Counted from the stretch's first letter, positions 1 to 13,806 are shown. The stretch: 64,000 nt of DNA from Klebsormidium nitens (GCA_000708835.1 DF237298.1:33616-97615), one strand, 5' to 3'. Made by a program: numbers and translations. Notes: generated by a model from the letters alone, not told the origin.

Positions 1-3000
1 ATTGTCGGGGAGAGTGGAGCCGCTCGCGAGCAGGGCGTCGATGCGCAGGGACGCGGAGACGCCACCTGCTGGTGGTACTGGGGTCGAGAAATTCGGTTTT
101 AACTTGATGGCAACTTAGGGTCGGATGTACCGCAGGGAACTTCACTCCTTACGGGCTTTATATGCTCCGAGCGATCATTTTCGAGCAGCGCATCATAGTC
201 AAAACAAGTAACGGTCACCGGACCGGCCCTTTGAAAAGAGTGGGTCTTTGAACACCCCGTTTTGCGTTCACGTTTTGCGTGGCCTATGCTTCGAATCTTG
301 CCCACTGCCTTTTCCCTCCGATTTGCTGTCCCATCATGCATCCACCATCCTAAAACCAGGTGACCCCCGCTTGCTGCACATAGGGATGAGCTATTTCATC
401 CAGCGAGCCCTTTCCCTTCGCTGCTCACAGATTCTCGGATTCTGATCATGACGACAACGGCACAAATTTGAATATGGTTTTGACGAGATCGGCAGCCCAC
501 CTTGGCGGCGTCGATGCCCAGGCAGTCAGCGATGCGCGCGGCGTCGGTGCCTTCGATGGGTGCGCACAGCCGAGACACCACCGGATGAACCTGCATTGGT
601 TCAGAGCACCGATTACTGTCCGTAAGTTTCTGAAATGCAAAGCAATCTGCCCGAATCAACCTGAGTCTTGGCTTTCCGCCTAGCTTTTTGATATGGGATG
701 TGGCGTCTCCGGATCCGACTTTAGTCATTTGACTCTACTGCAGCGCCTACGACGGCCAATTCCGGAAGCTCCGCAAACGTTGCAATGCCTACTCAATTTT
801 CTTGGGGCGGAACGACCCGAAAGCAGACGGATGGTCAGAACGGAACGGCACACCCTCCTGCTGTAAGCATCAATGCTCGGCCGCCAGACGCCGTCAATAC
901 TTATAGCTAGTGTGGTAAAACAAACGGGACGAGCGCAATAAGCGGACGGAGCGGCAGCTCGTACCTGCTGCGAAAGGTAGTAGTCGATGTCTGGCTGCCA
1001 GGCGCCGTCGGGCGTAATCTCGTCGATGTGCCGCGCCCGCTCTGCCACGGCACCGGCCTGAGGTGGCGAATCCTTCTCGCGGCAGATTATGTACGGAACG
1101 GTCGCACCGACTTGTGACGACTCGCGCTTGCCGGCTTGGCGCAACCGCAAAGCGACCTGTAAGGGGAAGTAAGCAATTTGGAAGGAGGCGCAATAGGAGG
1201 CTATCTTGAGGTAGAGTCTTTCAAGGATTCGGCAAAACATGTGGGGAACGATAGCGCCGATTTGGCACGCCTTGCGCTTGCCGGCTTGGCGCAAGCGCAG
1301 AGCGACCTGGTTGGGGGAAGGAGGTAAAGTTTGATAGTTTAGGATGTTGTTGCGTGCGAGATCAGATTTGAAGGCTAGAAAGCCGGTCATGAGGAAAAAA
1401 ACTCACCGGATGGGCAGGACCTGGATAGGATCCTTGTAGGACGCCGCAAGTCCGAAGTAAGCCAAACAATGTTGCGACTTCCAAGTGAGACGCAGTCCGG
1501 AGTCGGTCCAAAGGCTTCAGGTCGACGAGGGTTCGCATGAGACACGTGGCAGTCTCCGTTGGCTACACGAAAGCCGAGCTACTCCAAGCTTCGCCGGCTC
1601 CCTAGGCCCGTTGGGGTTCTACCCGAACTCCTTCTCCAAAGTTCACACGAAGTTTCCAAAAGGAAAAATCCTACCTTCAAGATCTCTGAAGAGATATCTC
1701 AACCCTGGTTAGCACAACCCGCAAAATCGCCAAGGTTAAAGTTCACCTGCACATGCGGCTTTGAGTATCCTGAACTCCGAAGCCCATAAGTATCCGAACC
1801 CGCAAAAGCGAGTTGGAATTTATCTTGGGACTCAAGCTGAAGTTTGAACTTCATAAATTGAGTTAAAGCCTCGGAAAGACAAAACCGCCAAAGTCGAAGC
1901 CCACCTGCACGTGCGGCTGGCTTTTGGCGTCGGGGTAGTCCTCCGGGGGCTTGGTCAGCGTCTTGGTGATGACGAACTTCTCCAGCGGCACCAGCCCCGC
2001 GTCCATGTCCTCACGCAGCTGACGTCAGCAGCACAGGAGATGACGTCAGGCTAATAAACCATGCTTTTCGTTACAGTCTGGTGTCTAAAAAGCCAGATGC
2101 ACAAATAGCTGCGGAGATTGCAAGGGGCAGTCAGTGAGAGCCCTTTGGACACGGTTTACACTCAAGATTCAAAGTGCGAGGCAGATTAGTGAGAGCGGAT
2201 AAGAGCACTGCCTCCAAGGCTTCTTACCTTATATTTGTAGCTTCAACTCTCTGCTTATTCTGGAACCGACAAGCAATTGCGAACACCATCGCGCCTTGAA
2301 ATTTCTTTGATGCACCTACGCATCAATCGTGTGATACCTGCAAACGGAAACGCTATTGCATCCAAGCAAAGAACCTTGTTCCCTTTGAAACCTAGGATTC
2401 CAACTCACCTTGCGGAGCTCTGAGTGGATCGCCTCGACGACGTCTTCCTTGGAGAGGTCCCCCCGCAGGATCTGCTCGAGGCAATAGTTGCCGATGTCTT
2501 TCGACAGAACGCTCCAGTCACGCCGCACGATGTCCAGCCCCTTCATCTCCAAAATCTGGAAAAGAGGGCAAAAAGCGGTGCTCAGCTTTGAGCTTGATAC
2601 GAGGAGCCCGTTTTCGAATGACATTCAAAGGTTCGGCGTTCTGCAGCAGACGGTGCTCGCGTTCGTTTTGGCGAGCTGGATGCCTCGCTTATAATGGCGC
2701 AAAATTGCCAGTGCCTTCAACCTCCTTGATCTGGAGGGTAATGTGCGCACGAAAATTCGCGAAACGGCTCACAGAAAAGGCAGGGTAAGAATCTGGTCGA
2801 GGAACATTTGGATAAATTCAAAGGAGGCACAGGGCTTAAATTTGGCAAGCACAAAGCAGCCTGGACAGATAAGCGAGGAGTCCTTAAGCACAGTGTATGG
2901 AGCAGCCTGGCTGACCTCTCCCGACTTTTAATAACCAAGCACGAAAAAGCCTGAACTTAGGAGCGAGGGATCACATAAGCACGAAGTATGGAGATGTCTG

Positions 3001-6000
3001 GCTGACCTCCCGCAGGGAGCCATCTCCGGCTGGCTCGATCTTGAGCGCGGCGTATTTCTTCTTCTTGAGCAGCAGCATGCGCTTGAAGATGCCGTCCATC
3101 TCGATCTCCAGCAGACGGTACCGTTTGTTCACCTGACAAGAGCAGAAACAGACCACGTTTTTCCACAGCGCTCTCCCTTCTTCCGCGACACTAAGGTAAG
3201 CAACGCAAGTGACCCTTGTTGCCCCCAAAGTTGGATCCACTGATCACATTGACTCTCGTCGGAAGGGCCGGTTTTGTCAACGACGCAGACTTTACACCAC
3301 TTGTGGCACCAAAATAGCAACCGATAAGCAGAGGCCGTTGTTCGGTCTTCCCCATCCCAGATTTCTCCCTTTATTCCACTGCGTCTCTCCACCACTTTTT
3401 GCTTGCAGAACAAGGAGAAAACTGGATGTGCAACCGATATTCCCTAAAGAAGTCGCTTCGCTCTGACCTCTTTCTTGACGGCGGCGCCCTTGGCCCTGAC
3501 GTCAGCGATGTCGTCACTCCCGGTGTTGATCATGATGGAGTCCGTGTCGCCGTAGATGACCTCCAGGTTCAGGTTGGAAACTAGATCGACGGTGCTCTGC
3601 AAAATCTCGCGCCCCTGTGACGTCACCAGCTCCGCGATGGGCTTGGCGTAGAAGCGCGAGTTGCTGAAGCCGAGGCAGCCGTACATGCTGCAAAAGCAGG
3701 GTGGTTTGACTGGTGGTTAAGGATAACCAGGAGCAAGATTTCAATCCATTTTGCTGAGCCTTGACGGATGCGAGATGCCTAAAACGAGGGCAGCCGGACC
3801 TGCTGCATAGAAGGGGTAACTTGCCAGGTGTGTCGATGGGTGATCAAAAAAACGTAGCAATTTGAATGAATTGCTGAACTTCGGGCTCAGCTTACGGATG
3901 GACATACGGTCCAGCAGGTGCGGTAAAGCTGGGCCTCTGCCTCAAGTTCAGATTGACTGTTGCTCACCGCAATCAACAGTAAATGCTTCACAAGACAGGA
4001 GCTTAAGTGAGCTCCGGGTTGCGTTTAATGGGAGGCCACTAAGTCTTGGAACGAAGGCTGGTCATCCAGGCAGCCGCGCATACCCTCTCGCACACACTCG
4101 ACACTGAAATCTCCTAGGTGCTAAGAAGCTGCTTGTTTTGCCCCACTCTTTCCAAACGGTGCCTTAATAATCGCTTCTACTGCGCCAGCTAATCGTCAGA
4201 ACGGACTGCCAAGGCTGTCTCCAGTACCCTTGTCACTGACCAAGACGTTCTGACGTCAGCTTTGGGGAGTGGCATTACCTGTTGGCGGTGAGCTTGAGCG
4301 CCTGCTGACGGATGTCGTGCTGCTGACGTTTCACCGGGTTGTGCTCGCTTTTCAGCATGTTCTTCACCTGCCGCCGCCGCTCCACCAGCGCTTTCAACAC
4401 CTGGCAGAAGCAGGGTTCGTTCGAATAGTATCCCTTTTTGCCGATCGTTGCTTCGCGTCTCTTGCGGGGAAGTAGTGGTGAAAAGCCATGTATTGGGCGG
4501 TCAGGTTAAGTCTTCGATTACTTACATGAGAACTGAGGATTTCTCGAAGTTTGTGAACGCGACACCTGACACATGTACTCTTGATTCTGGGAGATTGCGT
4601 GATAAAATCTCGCATAGGGAGAAACAGAATCACAAAAACAGTTGTCCAGAAACTAACCGAGACCACCGCAGCTTTCAAATCGAATTTTTCAAGCGCCTGT
4701 CATATGCCAGGACGGCCAAACCTGCGACTACAAGCAACTGGACTCTTGTGACAATAGCTCTGGCACCACTTCATTTCTCCCTCGGGTCGTTCTGTCGAAC
4801 GGAATGACTCAAATCAAGACGCTGAGAACCGGCATTCCCTTACCTGTGGCAACACCCCTGGCGCGTCCGCTTTCGGCAGGCTGGGGATCCCTTCGGCTGC
4901 GTCTCTTTCCACCGTAGTGAAGCATATGTTGTATTCTTGGATGATGGACGGGTAAAGCGAGTTGAAGTCCAGCAGAAGGATGAACTTGTCGTAGAGCCCC
5001 TTCTTCGGCTCCAGCACCAGACCGCCCAAGTAAGAAGGGCCCTTCTTCTTTTTGCCTGTGGGAACCAAATGGAGAGAGTGAGGAATGGGGAACGAAAGAC
5101 ACAGCGAGATAAGGTCCAGCATGATGAATAAACTTGTCGTACAAGCCATTCTTGGGGCTTTAGCACGAGGCCACCAGGTAAGGAGGGTCCTTCTTCTTTT
5201 TGCCTGGGTAGAAGTCAAGGGGTAAAGAATGAAAAACGATGGATTCAGTGAGTCATTCATTGAAGATCTATGCATGTTGTAGAGACCTTCTTTCACTTCC
5301 GGCACCTTCAGAATTGAAGAGGAAGAATTTTGCATCTATACCCTCACAGAGGGGGAATCAGCTCCAGGAAAAAGAGTCTGTACAAAGGTCGAAGGATCGT
5401 CGAAACCGTCCTATTCTTCATCTCGAAGAAAAGTGTAAGCAACGAACTCGTAGCGAGTCCAATAAAGTTCAAACGGCAGGCGCCTTTGCTTGCAGACTCG
5501 AAATCGTGAATTGGGGAGAACACTTGGTTCTCAAATATGCGAAAGGACCCGCGAATTGGAAACATTCTACTCAAAAGAGCCCGGAAACGACCAACCTAGC
5601 GCCGTCTTGCCCTCTCCCTCGTCTTCCCCTTCCTGCAACATTCTTCAAACACCTTGTTTTCTCATCCAAAAAGCGACCACGCTGCGGAAGCTACATGCGC
5701 ATTTGCCGCCGTTTCGTCCTGTGCCTTGTCTCTTCACCCCGCAACATCCCCTTTTGACTTCAACTCTCATCAGAAACGGCGACCAAGCTGCTGACAACAA
5801 GCGCGCACCTGTCGCCGCTTCTCCTCCCCCATCGTCGTGCCCTTCCAGCAACATCTTGTATTTGCTTATCTTCTCACCATAACGGCGACCAAGCTGCAGA
5901 CACCCAGCGCGTACCTGTCGCCGCTTCTCCCTCTCCCTCGTCATCCCCTTCCTCTTCGCCCCGGCCCTTGTGTTTGGCCCTCCGTAGCTCCGTCTCGCGC

Positions 6001-9000
6001 TCTTTCGCCGTCAGCTTGTCCGGCAAGATGAAACCCCGCCCGTGAAACTCGTGCAGCAGCAGGTACTCAATGCGCTGTGCGCGCGCGCCCTGAAAAAGGT
6101 TCAGACAAAGCGGTGTGAATACGTTTCTGCCTGATGATTGCGGTTCAAAGAGGCCGTCAAGTCGGAGGGTTGTGGGGTTGCGTTGGATTGAGCCCCCTAC
6201 TGCGAGGGACCAAGTTGCTTGCTTGCCATTTGACCCATGGAAGTCGTGCAGCAGCAAGTATTCGATGCGACACGCGCGCCCTGAAAAGAGTCCAAAAGCC
6301 GATCAGAACTGTCACCCGGAAAAACGTTCAGAGTATAGTTCAAAGCAAGCTTAGGTAACACCGCAGTTGTCTCGTCTCGTCAGCTTTGACCTGCCAGAAG
6401 CAGCTTTTGCATCACAAGCATGGTAGTGTGCATACTTGTTCGTCTCACGATTGCGGTACAACGGCCCGTTTAAGCGGAGAAACGTGCGGTTGCTTCAGGC
6501 TCAGCCCTTGCTGATGCACTGGGCAGAAGCTCACGCTCGGGACCGAGTTCGGTTGTTTCGCCTTTGGCCCTTCGGACACTCATAAGCATACATACCCATT
6601 CTTGCAGCTTCCAACCGCAGACGACAACCACGAGCTTTAGGCGAGGGTATGAGTTTGGACCAGAACATATCGACAGGAACCCGCAGCGTCTCTTTTCAGG
6701 GATCCCGGAAGCCCAACATCCTAAACGCTGCAAGCTTCAAGGCAATTTCTCTACTCGTCCGCATTACTGCAACCCACCTGCAGCGTCTTGCCCCACAGGT
6801 TCCCGGAGAGACACGTCAGCTGTCGCGTCAGCGGGAGCACGCTGAGGTGGAACATGAGGCCCAGCGCGAGCCACGCGTCCGTCTCCGCCAGGCGCACCAG
6901 CCGCTGCAGCTCGCCGCTGCTGCGGTACATACCGGGGATACCGGCCGGGTCCAGGTCCTCGCGCACCTCGCCCAGCTGGCTGGACGCGAGCTGGGTCAGT
7001 GAGTAGCTGACCTGAGGGGGGAGAAAAAGGACACATGTTTATAATCGCACGCTAGAGAATCTTATGGGGCTGAGTTCATTCTGCCTTTGGAAGGTACGTA
7101 CCGGGGGGTAGGTCTCCGGCACCTCGCCCGTTGGCTGGACGTGCGCGGCGTCACCGAGTAGCTGGTCTGAGTGAGGAAGAGGGAGGCAGTTGTGGTCAGA
7201 AACGGGCCCCTGAAAGCTGCTTAGTGGCGGGCTTGAAAGGACAGAGCGAGCATTTACCGTTTGAGTCAAATGGGTGTTTTGAAGCCAATCGACGTTCGGA
7301 ATGGTGCTCTAAGAATCCCTTTCAAGGGACATGAGCTTGTTGCTAATAAAGAGCTGCCATCCTCCGGGCATGCGTATCACTGTGCGCGCATGCTCTCTTG
7401 ACGCGATCGGTGGCGCTTGCAACGACGGTGGTGTGTAATCGACCCCAGGCGGACGGCGTGACCGAAGTCAGGGATTTCAAGCGAACGGGAGCTTTCCTTC
7501 ACTCTTCTCAATGAATGCAAGGACCAGCATTTGGGTATGCCGTCGACCGACCCCTCCATCTCGCTAAGTTTCATTTCTCACCTCCTTGAGCAGCTCCCGG
7601 GCGGACAGATACGTGTCGCACAGCAGCCGCCCCGCCATGACTGCCATGATCCCGGGGCCTGCGCCGCCGCCGAACCGGTCGCCGCCGCCCCCGAGCTTGG
7701 GCATCGTCTTGCGTCTGAGGCGACCGAGGGATGACCAGCTATTGCAGTTGACCTTCAGAGCCTGGGGCAAAGCAGCCGAAGTAAGGGCAAGAAGTTCGAT
7801 TGGACTCGGAGTACATACGTATTGAGAGGTTCTGCTTTGCAAAGGTTCAATAACTTGCCCTTACGATACCGCCTGATCGCGGCCTTGAGTATCACTGAGC
7901 ATTGCAGAATGGGAGCCTCTGACATATGAATGGAGTGCCTTTTTGGGAAGTTGCGTCCAGGCAAGCAAGTCTGCCGTTCTCACCAGTGCCGAAATGACGT
8001 TTCGCAAGCACTCATTTTCCCCCTTGAATTATACCCGAAGATACTGATTTCGTAGTTCGATGAAGGTAAAAGACGAGCAGTATGCAATTCGACATTTGTA
8101 GATCGCGTACTCCAAAAGTCTCCCACTCCAAGATTGCCAGCCCGTCAGGTTCGTTCCGACAAGTGGTGAATTTTCTCACGGACACATGGCGGCTTACCTC
8201 GAGCCTGTGCAAGAGGACGTCCAGATCGAAACCCGAGATGTTGTGACCCACAAGAACGTCGGCGTCGAGGTTCTTGAGGTTGGCCAGCAAGCAGTGGAGC
8301 AGCGCACGTTCACTGCAACGGGGGTTCTTCTCTTTAAGTGTTTTGTTTGAGCTTTCCGGGCTTAGGAGCGAAGTGTAAAAGGAAGGCATTCGAGTTCTTA
8401 TGGTGAAACGAGGAAGACTTTAGGACAGACAGAATCAAAGAGACAAACCCACTCAGCTGGAACAGTAGGCATAGAAAGGAAGGGACGAACGGAGGCAGGA
8501 GGAAAGCGGTCGACGAGACAGAGGCAGTCGGCAGTTGAAGCTACTCAAACAAAAGCGGAGCAGTGAGGAAACGGAAGGGGTGTCGACGAGCTGCTGTGAT
8601 TGATGACGACGAACGAGCTTTTTAGAGTCCCCTGCGCTTATGAAACAAACGAGCGCAGCCCAAGCCGCCATAATAGACAGACCCAAGCGGCCAACATCTA
8701 ACATAAACCGGGCATAAGCAGCGGCGCTCACTTGGTCTCGTGGAACAAGACCCGGTGCCCCGCCTCGGTGTTGATCTTGTCCGCGTCGTTCGTGAACCCA
8801 ACCGGGAAGCTCCCGAGCTTTTGGACCACGGTGAAGTGGCCCAGCGCGGCCGGGGTGTTCCACTCCGCCTTTGGGGTCGGTCCGTCGATCTGCGACCGGG
8901 GGAGTATTTTTTAAAACAGAGCGTGGCTTGGGCGAAAAGCATTCCCGCCGGCGACTTCCACAGGAGTATCTTTGACTCGGTCGGTCGCTACGTAGGACCG

Positions 9001-12000
9001 CGTGATCTCGAGGATCGCGGGGACCAGGGAGATCCGTTAAAGTCTTGCCCGGGCGTCGGCCGAACCACGTGAGCAGCTTTAGAAGCGAAGTCAAGATGGC
9101 TGTAGTCTTATTACGAGTAAGCAAAGCTATACATGCATCGCAAAAGAAAAGACAGACGTCTTGAAAGATCAGTGCAGCAGAAAGCGAAGACGAGCAGCGC
9201 TTACCTTGACCGCTTTGTTGTAGACGATCGATGCCGCAGCAATCTCGTTCACGTTCTGCTGGTGGTTGATCACCGTCTTGAGGTTGAGCGACGCGACAAC
9301 TAGGGGCGGCGTGTCGCGCTCTCGCACGCCGATGGGGAACTTCTCAATGCTGACGTTTTCGGGCTTGTCGATGGAGACTTCCAGCTTGCACCAGCTCACC
9401 TGCGGATCGGTCCGAAGATTTAGCCTTTGGGTTTCAGCGACTTTGAGAGCGTGCAATAAAGAGATGAAAAACAGTGGAAGAAATCCGGACATCTGCGGTG
9501 TAACCACTTGAAGTTCGAATGCAACCGGACGGTGGATCCTTGGGGAGCTAACGAGCTTGCAAGTAGAGCCTCTGGAAATCCCGAGACGAGCGTGCAAGAA
9601 CAGGGAATCGCGGATACTCGGTCTTGATTCCTAAGTTCAGGGGAGATGCACTAAGTGAAGGCAGTCGGACGTATGAGTGAGAAGCAAGTGGGCTACAACA
9701 GCAAGCCCTCCCACGCAAGGATGTCAGAGCGCAAGTGCCCGCGTCGCACAACCCCGTTAAAACTTTGCGCCCCAAGAAAAGCAAATCAGAGCCCTTCCCT
9801 GAAAAAACTTGGACCAACCAGCGAAACGTTCTCAAATCCAATACAAATCCTTCACCACCTTCAGGTTGCCACAGGGTTGCCAAGCAAACTCACAAAACTG
9901 ATCGCCCTTCTCAAACTTAAGGTTAGCCCACCACCTCAGGACTCAAATCATTCATTTTGATTTACCACAGTGGCAACATTCTGCTGCGTACGGACACCGC
10001 ACCTTCCACTAGGTCGACTTCGCTCTCACCTGGCCATTGGTCACCCTCTGCGAGTTGGCATGTAACATGCAGCTGAGCGAAATGAACACTCAGCTTTACA
10101 TCACCATTTGTACATTCGTCATCTCTGGTCTCTCTTAGGATTGAGTTTCAGTGATATTTTGCCTTCGAGGATGTATGAGAAACAACCACGTTAGGCCAGC
10201 TTTGCCCTCACCTGCCCGTTGGTCACTCTCTGCGGGTTGGCGATTAGCAGCCAACTCGGCCCCATCAACTCCCGCTGCAACAGCAGCAGCTCCAGCGCGC
10301 TCGTCTGCGTCCCGAGCAGCGCCGCAAAGTGCTTCCCCGCAAGATTCGCCTCCAGGGGGGGGTGCCGGAACGGGTAATTCACCTCCAGAAAGTACCCCTC
10401 ACCCTTGGGCACGTCCGCCCGCTCGAACGCGTAGGAGCGCTTTACGGGAAGGAAGAAGGCCTCCGTGCTGTCGACACCCCGGGTTCTGAGCACGTCGCGC
10501 AGCTCGGTTTTCATGTCCGTGCTCAGGACGTGGAGCCGTTTCACGAGCGGGTCGTTCCGTTTTCCGGGAGCGGAATCTTGTTCGAGGAGCGGAATGTCCG
10601 GGTCGGAGAACGTGTCGGGGAGCGGGACGGCGATGACGCTGCGCTCCAGGTTGTGGACGCGCACGCAGCAGCTGACGTACTCGTTGTCGATGGGGACCTG
10701 CAAGCAGAGGAGGGGTAGAAGGTTGACTCGAGACTTATATCATCTTGGGCAGATATTGTTCAGAAGCGGTCAGAAAAGGGGTGCGACTTTGGGCCGTCAA
10801 TGTTTAGGGGAGTTAGAGTGTGGAGGCGGATTACTTTGTTTGACAGTCGGATTTTAGGGACGGTGAAAGTCGGGTTGCGCATCAAAGTGAAAGGACCGAA
10901 GCAGCCCTTTACTATGGCTAGGACCATGAGAAGAATCTGATTGACGGCACAGGGACTCTAAGCGTCCTCCTCCTACTTCCTTCCGTCGTTTTTATCTTCG
11001 TTGACACGAAACAAGTCTTTCCAACCAAAAGACACAAGCGAAGTGCTCCTTGGTTTTTAAAAATGTATACCCAACGATGCTGCCAGGATGCAGATTCATC
11101 TGGAAAGCAGAACTATGGTGACCTTTTCTGTTTGGCACCCGAACCCTCAAATGTAAGCCAGACCTCTAAACCGCCTACCTTGCCAAAAAGGTACACGTCA
11201 GCTTTGTTGGGCCCCTTGTTGGGCTCCTCGTATGCATCCAGGAAGAAGAAGGGCAGGCAGCCGTTCTCTGTCAGAGGGAGTGCCTGGTCTTCCAACGGTC
11301 GCTGGGGCTCTGGACTCGCACTGGGTGAAGGGGCGTCAGGCACAGCGGCGCGTTTAGAGACTTCCTGCATCGGGCAAAGAGCGCTTGAGATGGAATAGCT
11401 GCATAACAGACTCTTTGAGATAGGTGAACCGCCGGCCTTTGAAGCTCACAGGAATGCACAATGCTGTCTGACGCCTGAACAGCCACTTGAATAAAGGCAT
11501 ATAAGGGGCGGTCCGCAAAAGGCTCAAACAACTCTTGCGGCTTCAAGAAACCAATCAATCAAGAACAGCAGAAAGAGTACTTCCAAAAAGCACTTCCATG
11601 CTGTGAAAACGGAGGTGGCACCAACACAGTCCTTCTTGGGAATATCCCGCACCTGGTCACATGCATAACAGAGCTTTTGCCTTAGAACCCCCTTCATCAG
11701 TAAGATGGTGCCAAAACCCAACGCCAAGAAAAGAGCCTGCCCCCACCTGCCATCCAGCAGACGCCGTTTCCTGGAGTGGCACCTTCTGCCGCTTTGGGTT
11801 GGGCCTCTCCTCCTTCACACGCCCCTCCTCACTTTCCCCTACAGGCTCCTCTTTGACCTGCGCCGCAGCGCCATTTACTCTGGCTGCTTGCGCATTCTCC
11901 TCCGCTTCAGCTTCTACGTTCTCCGCCTTTGTCCCAATTTCAGGACCGTCCTCTTCCTTTGCCAGATTCGCCCCGAAGCTGAGCTCGGGCTCCAAGGGGG

Positions 12001-13806
12001 CATCCGGCATCGGGTCATCCGGGGCTGGGAACTCAAACTCGTCTTCTTCCTGCTTAACCTCGGGTTTCCGCATCCCGTCTGTACCTTTTGCAACACTTGC
12101 GTGCCTAAATGCTGGAATTGTCGCTGGAGTGACCTGTTCTCTTGCGGATGGGAAAGAGGAGAAAGGCGTGACGGGAGCTAGCCGGACGGGGCTGCTGGTC
12201 TGGACGGAAGCGCCGAAAGTCGGACGGTCGCTAAGGACGCGCTGCCGGTCCGAAGCGTCCGGAGTGATCCCCGCCAGAATGTCGTCCAGAACGCTGGCTG
12301 CCTGCTCTGCATCCTGCAATCCCAGAGATGTTTATGTTGAAATCTGGTTATTGAACAATGAGCTGGAGTTGATTGTATCTCAAGAACATGACCAATCTGA
12401 AAAGCGTCGCTGTGTTTGGCTGCTACCGAAAAGCTTGTTTCTCGGGACTAAAGGGTGGCGAGCGGAACTCGACCTACGACATTCTCTGGATTCATCTGAC
12501 TCTTATACAGAAGAATCGAAACCGATGAGCAAATCACTCCAAGAGCAGTAATAGGTATGTAGCTGAACTGTCCCCAGTCCTTCAGGCCAATTCTGGATGT
12601 TGTTCAACTCAACAACCTCACTGAGCAGTGTGATTGAAGGAGCCATCTGCCAAAGCCCAAATGACAGGTTCCCTTGAACAGCTTTGCAGGCAACTAAGGT
12701 CTACTCAACAGCATTTTAATATACCTTTGGAGTCTTAAGCTTCGCAGCCCCCCGCGGCATGCCCCCTTTCGCCCACATGCTCTGCAGGCTGCGCCCCCCT
12801 CTCGCCGCGGCCGCAAGCGCCACAGCGCTCTTTGCCTTTGGCGGAACAACTTTCTTCTTTTCTCCCGGGGCTGCTGCCTCTTTCCTGGCCCTCTTCTTGC
12901 TACCGTCAGCCTGGTCCTCGTAATCATCCCCTCCAACGTCCCAGTTGTCCTCCCCAACATCGTCATAACCTAGGGTGTCTTCTCCCTCTACAAACCCTCC
13001 CCCCGCCTCTCGCCTCTTCGCGACGATGTCAGCGTATTCTTGCAAATTGACGACATCGTAGACGGGGGCCTCCTCTGCAATCGAGAAGGTCTCCAGGCGC
13101 TTCTTGGCACCTGAGAAAGGTCACAGATGAGCTCAAGAGCTGGGAACAAACACAGAACTTTGCAGGCAACTGAGCAAATGCAGACAGGACTCAGGCGCTC
13201 AGTAATTTCCTGGAATTGGAGTATCTAAGCACAGGGTGCCCCGAGCCATGAGCGTGTAAGGACACTGAAAATGCAACTTGACTTCACACTGCCAGGTTTG
13301 GCCCTGACGCAGTCGCTTTAACGAAGCTTCTGAAGTAGCCGAGAGGTGTTCTCTTAGCATCATAAGGACACTGCCAGGTGCACCCATCTCCACAGATCAA
13401 GCAGTTTGCCCAGTCACCGCGTTACAGCTCTCCAGGACAGAGGAAGTCTATCCAGAACCTTGTCAAGCATTGTTTGAGGATCACCACATGTGACCGGCAG
13501 AGTTTCTTGTTCCACCATGTCTAGACAAACAGACAATATCAACGCACACTAAGATTGATCCGGACAATAAGTTTCACATATGCGCTTAAGGTGCGGTTGC
13601 TCTCAGGAAGATTTTGATCTGAATTGCTCTAGAATCTAAACGACGGAACTTCGCCATCTCTTGTACAATTCGCCAGAGCAGTGTGACCTCAATCTGATGA
13701 CAGCAATGTAGCAAAGATGCTCACCCTTTCTGGCATTGACTAACTCCTCAAAGACGCTGAGCTTGTCAGCTTCACCTCTCCTCTGTCTCCTGCTTCTATC
13801 GGCCAT
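1..13806 (-). CDS. POLA1: DNA polymerase alpha catalytic subunit (family B), 3'-partial; C-terminal Zn-finger region lies beyond the window start
   Basis: 19 GT-AG exons with consistent phases (1329 codons): 13806-13725, 13110-12725, 12313-11747, 11364-11179, 10697-10212, 9399-9205, 8889-8732, 8312-8198, 7761-7582, 7011-6778, 6089-5915, 5055-4844, 4400-4279, 3687-3468, 3132-3007, 2555-2409, 2018-1905, 1156-965, 590-501, plus a probable 20th exon at about 78-1. Motifs: [19 protein letters not shown] (region II), KLTANSMYGCLG (III), YGDTDS (I), [49 protein letters not shown]. Confidence 0.97.
1235..1320 (-). repeat. Intronic copy of acceptor + start of POLA1 exon 18
   Basis: Encodes [22 protein letters not shown] versus the real [22 protein letters not shown]; intact CAG acceptor at 1307-1309. 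Confidence 0.88.
5056..5914 (-). repeat. POLA1 intron 11 containing copies of both flanking exon edges
   Basis: Exon-12 start copies at 5118-5210 and about 5275-5315; exon-11 end copies at 5775-5846 and about 5595-5640. Confidence 0.85.
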
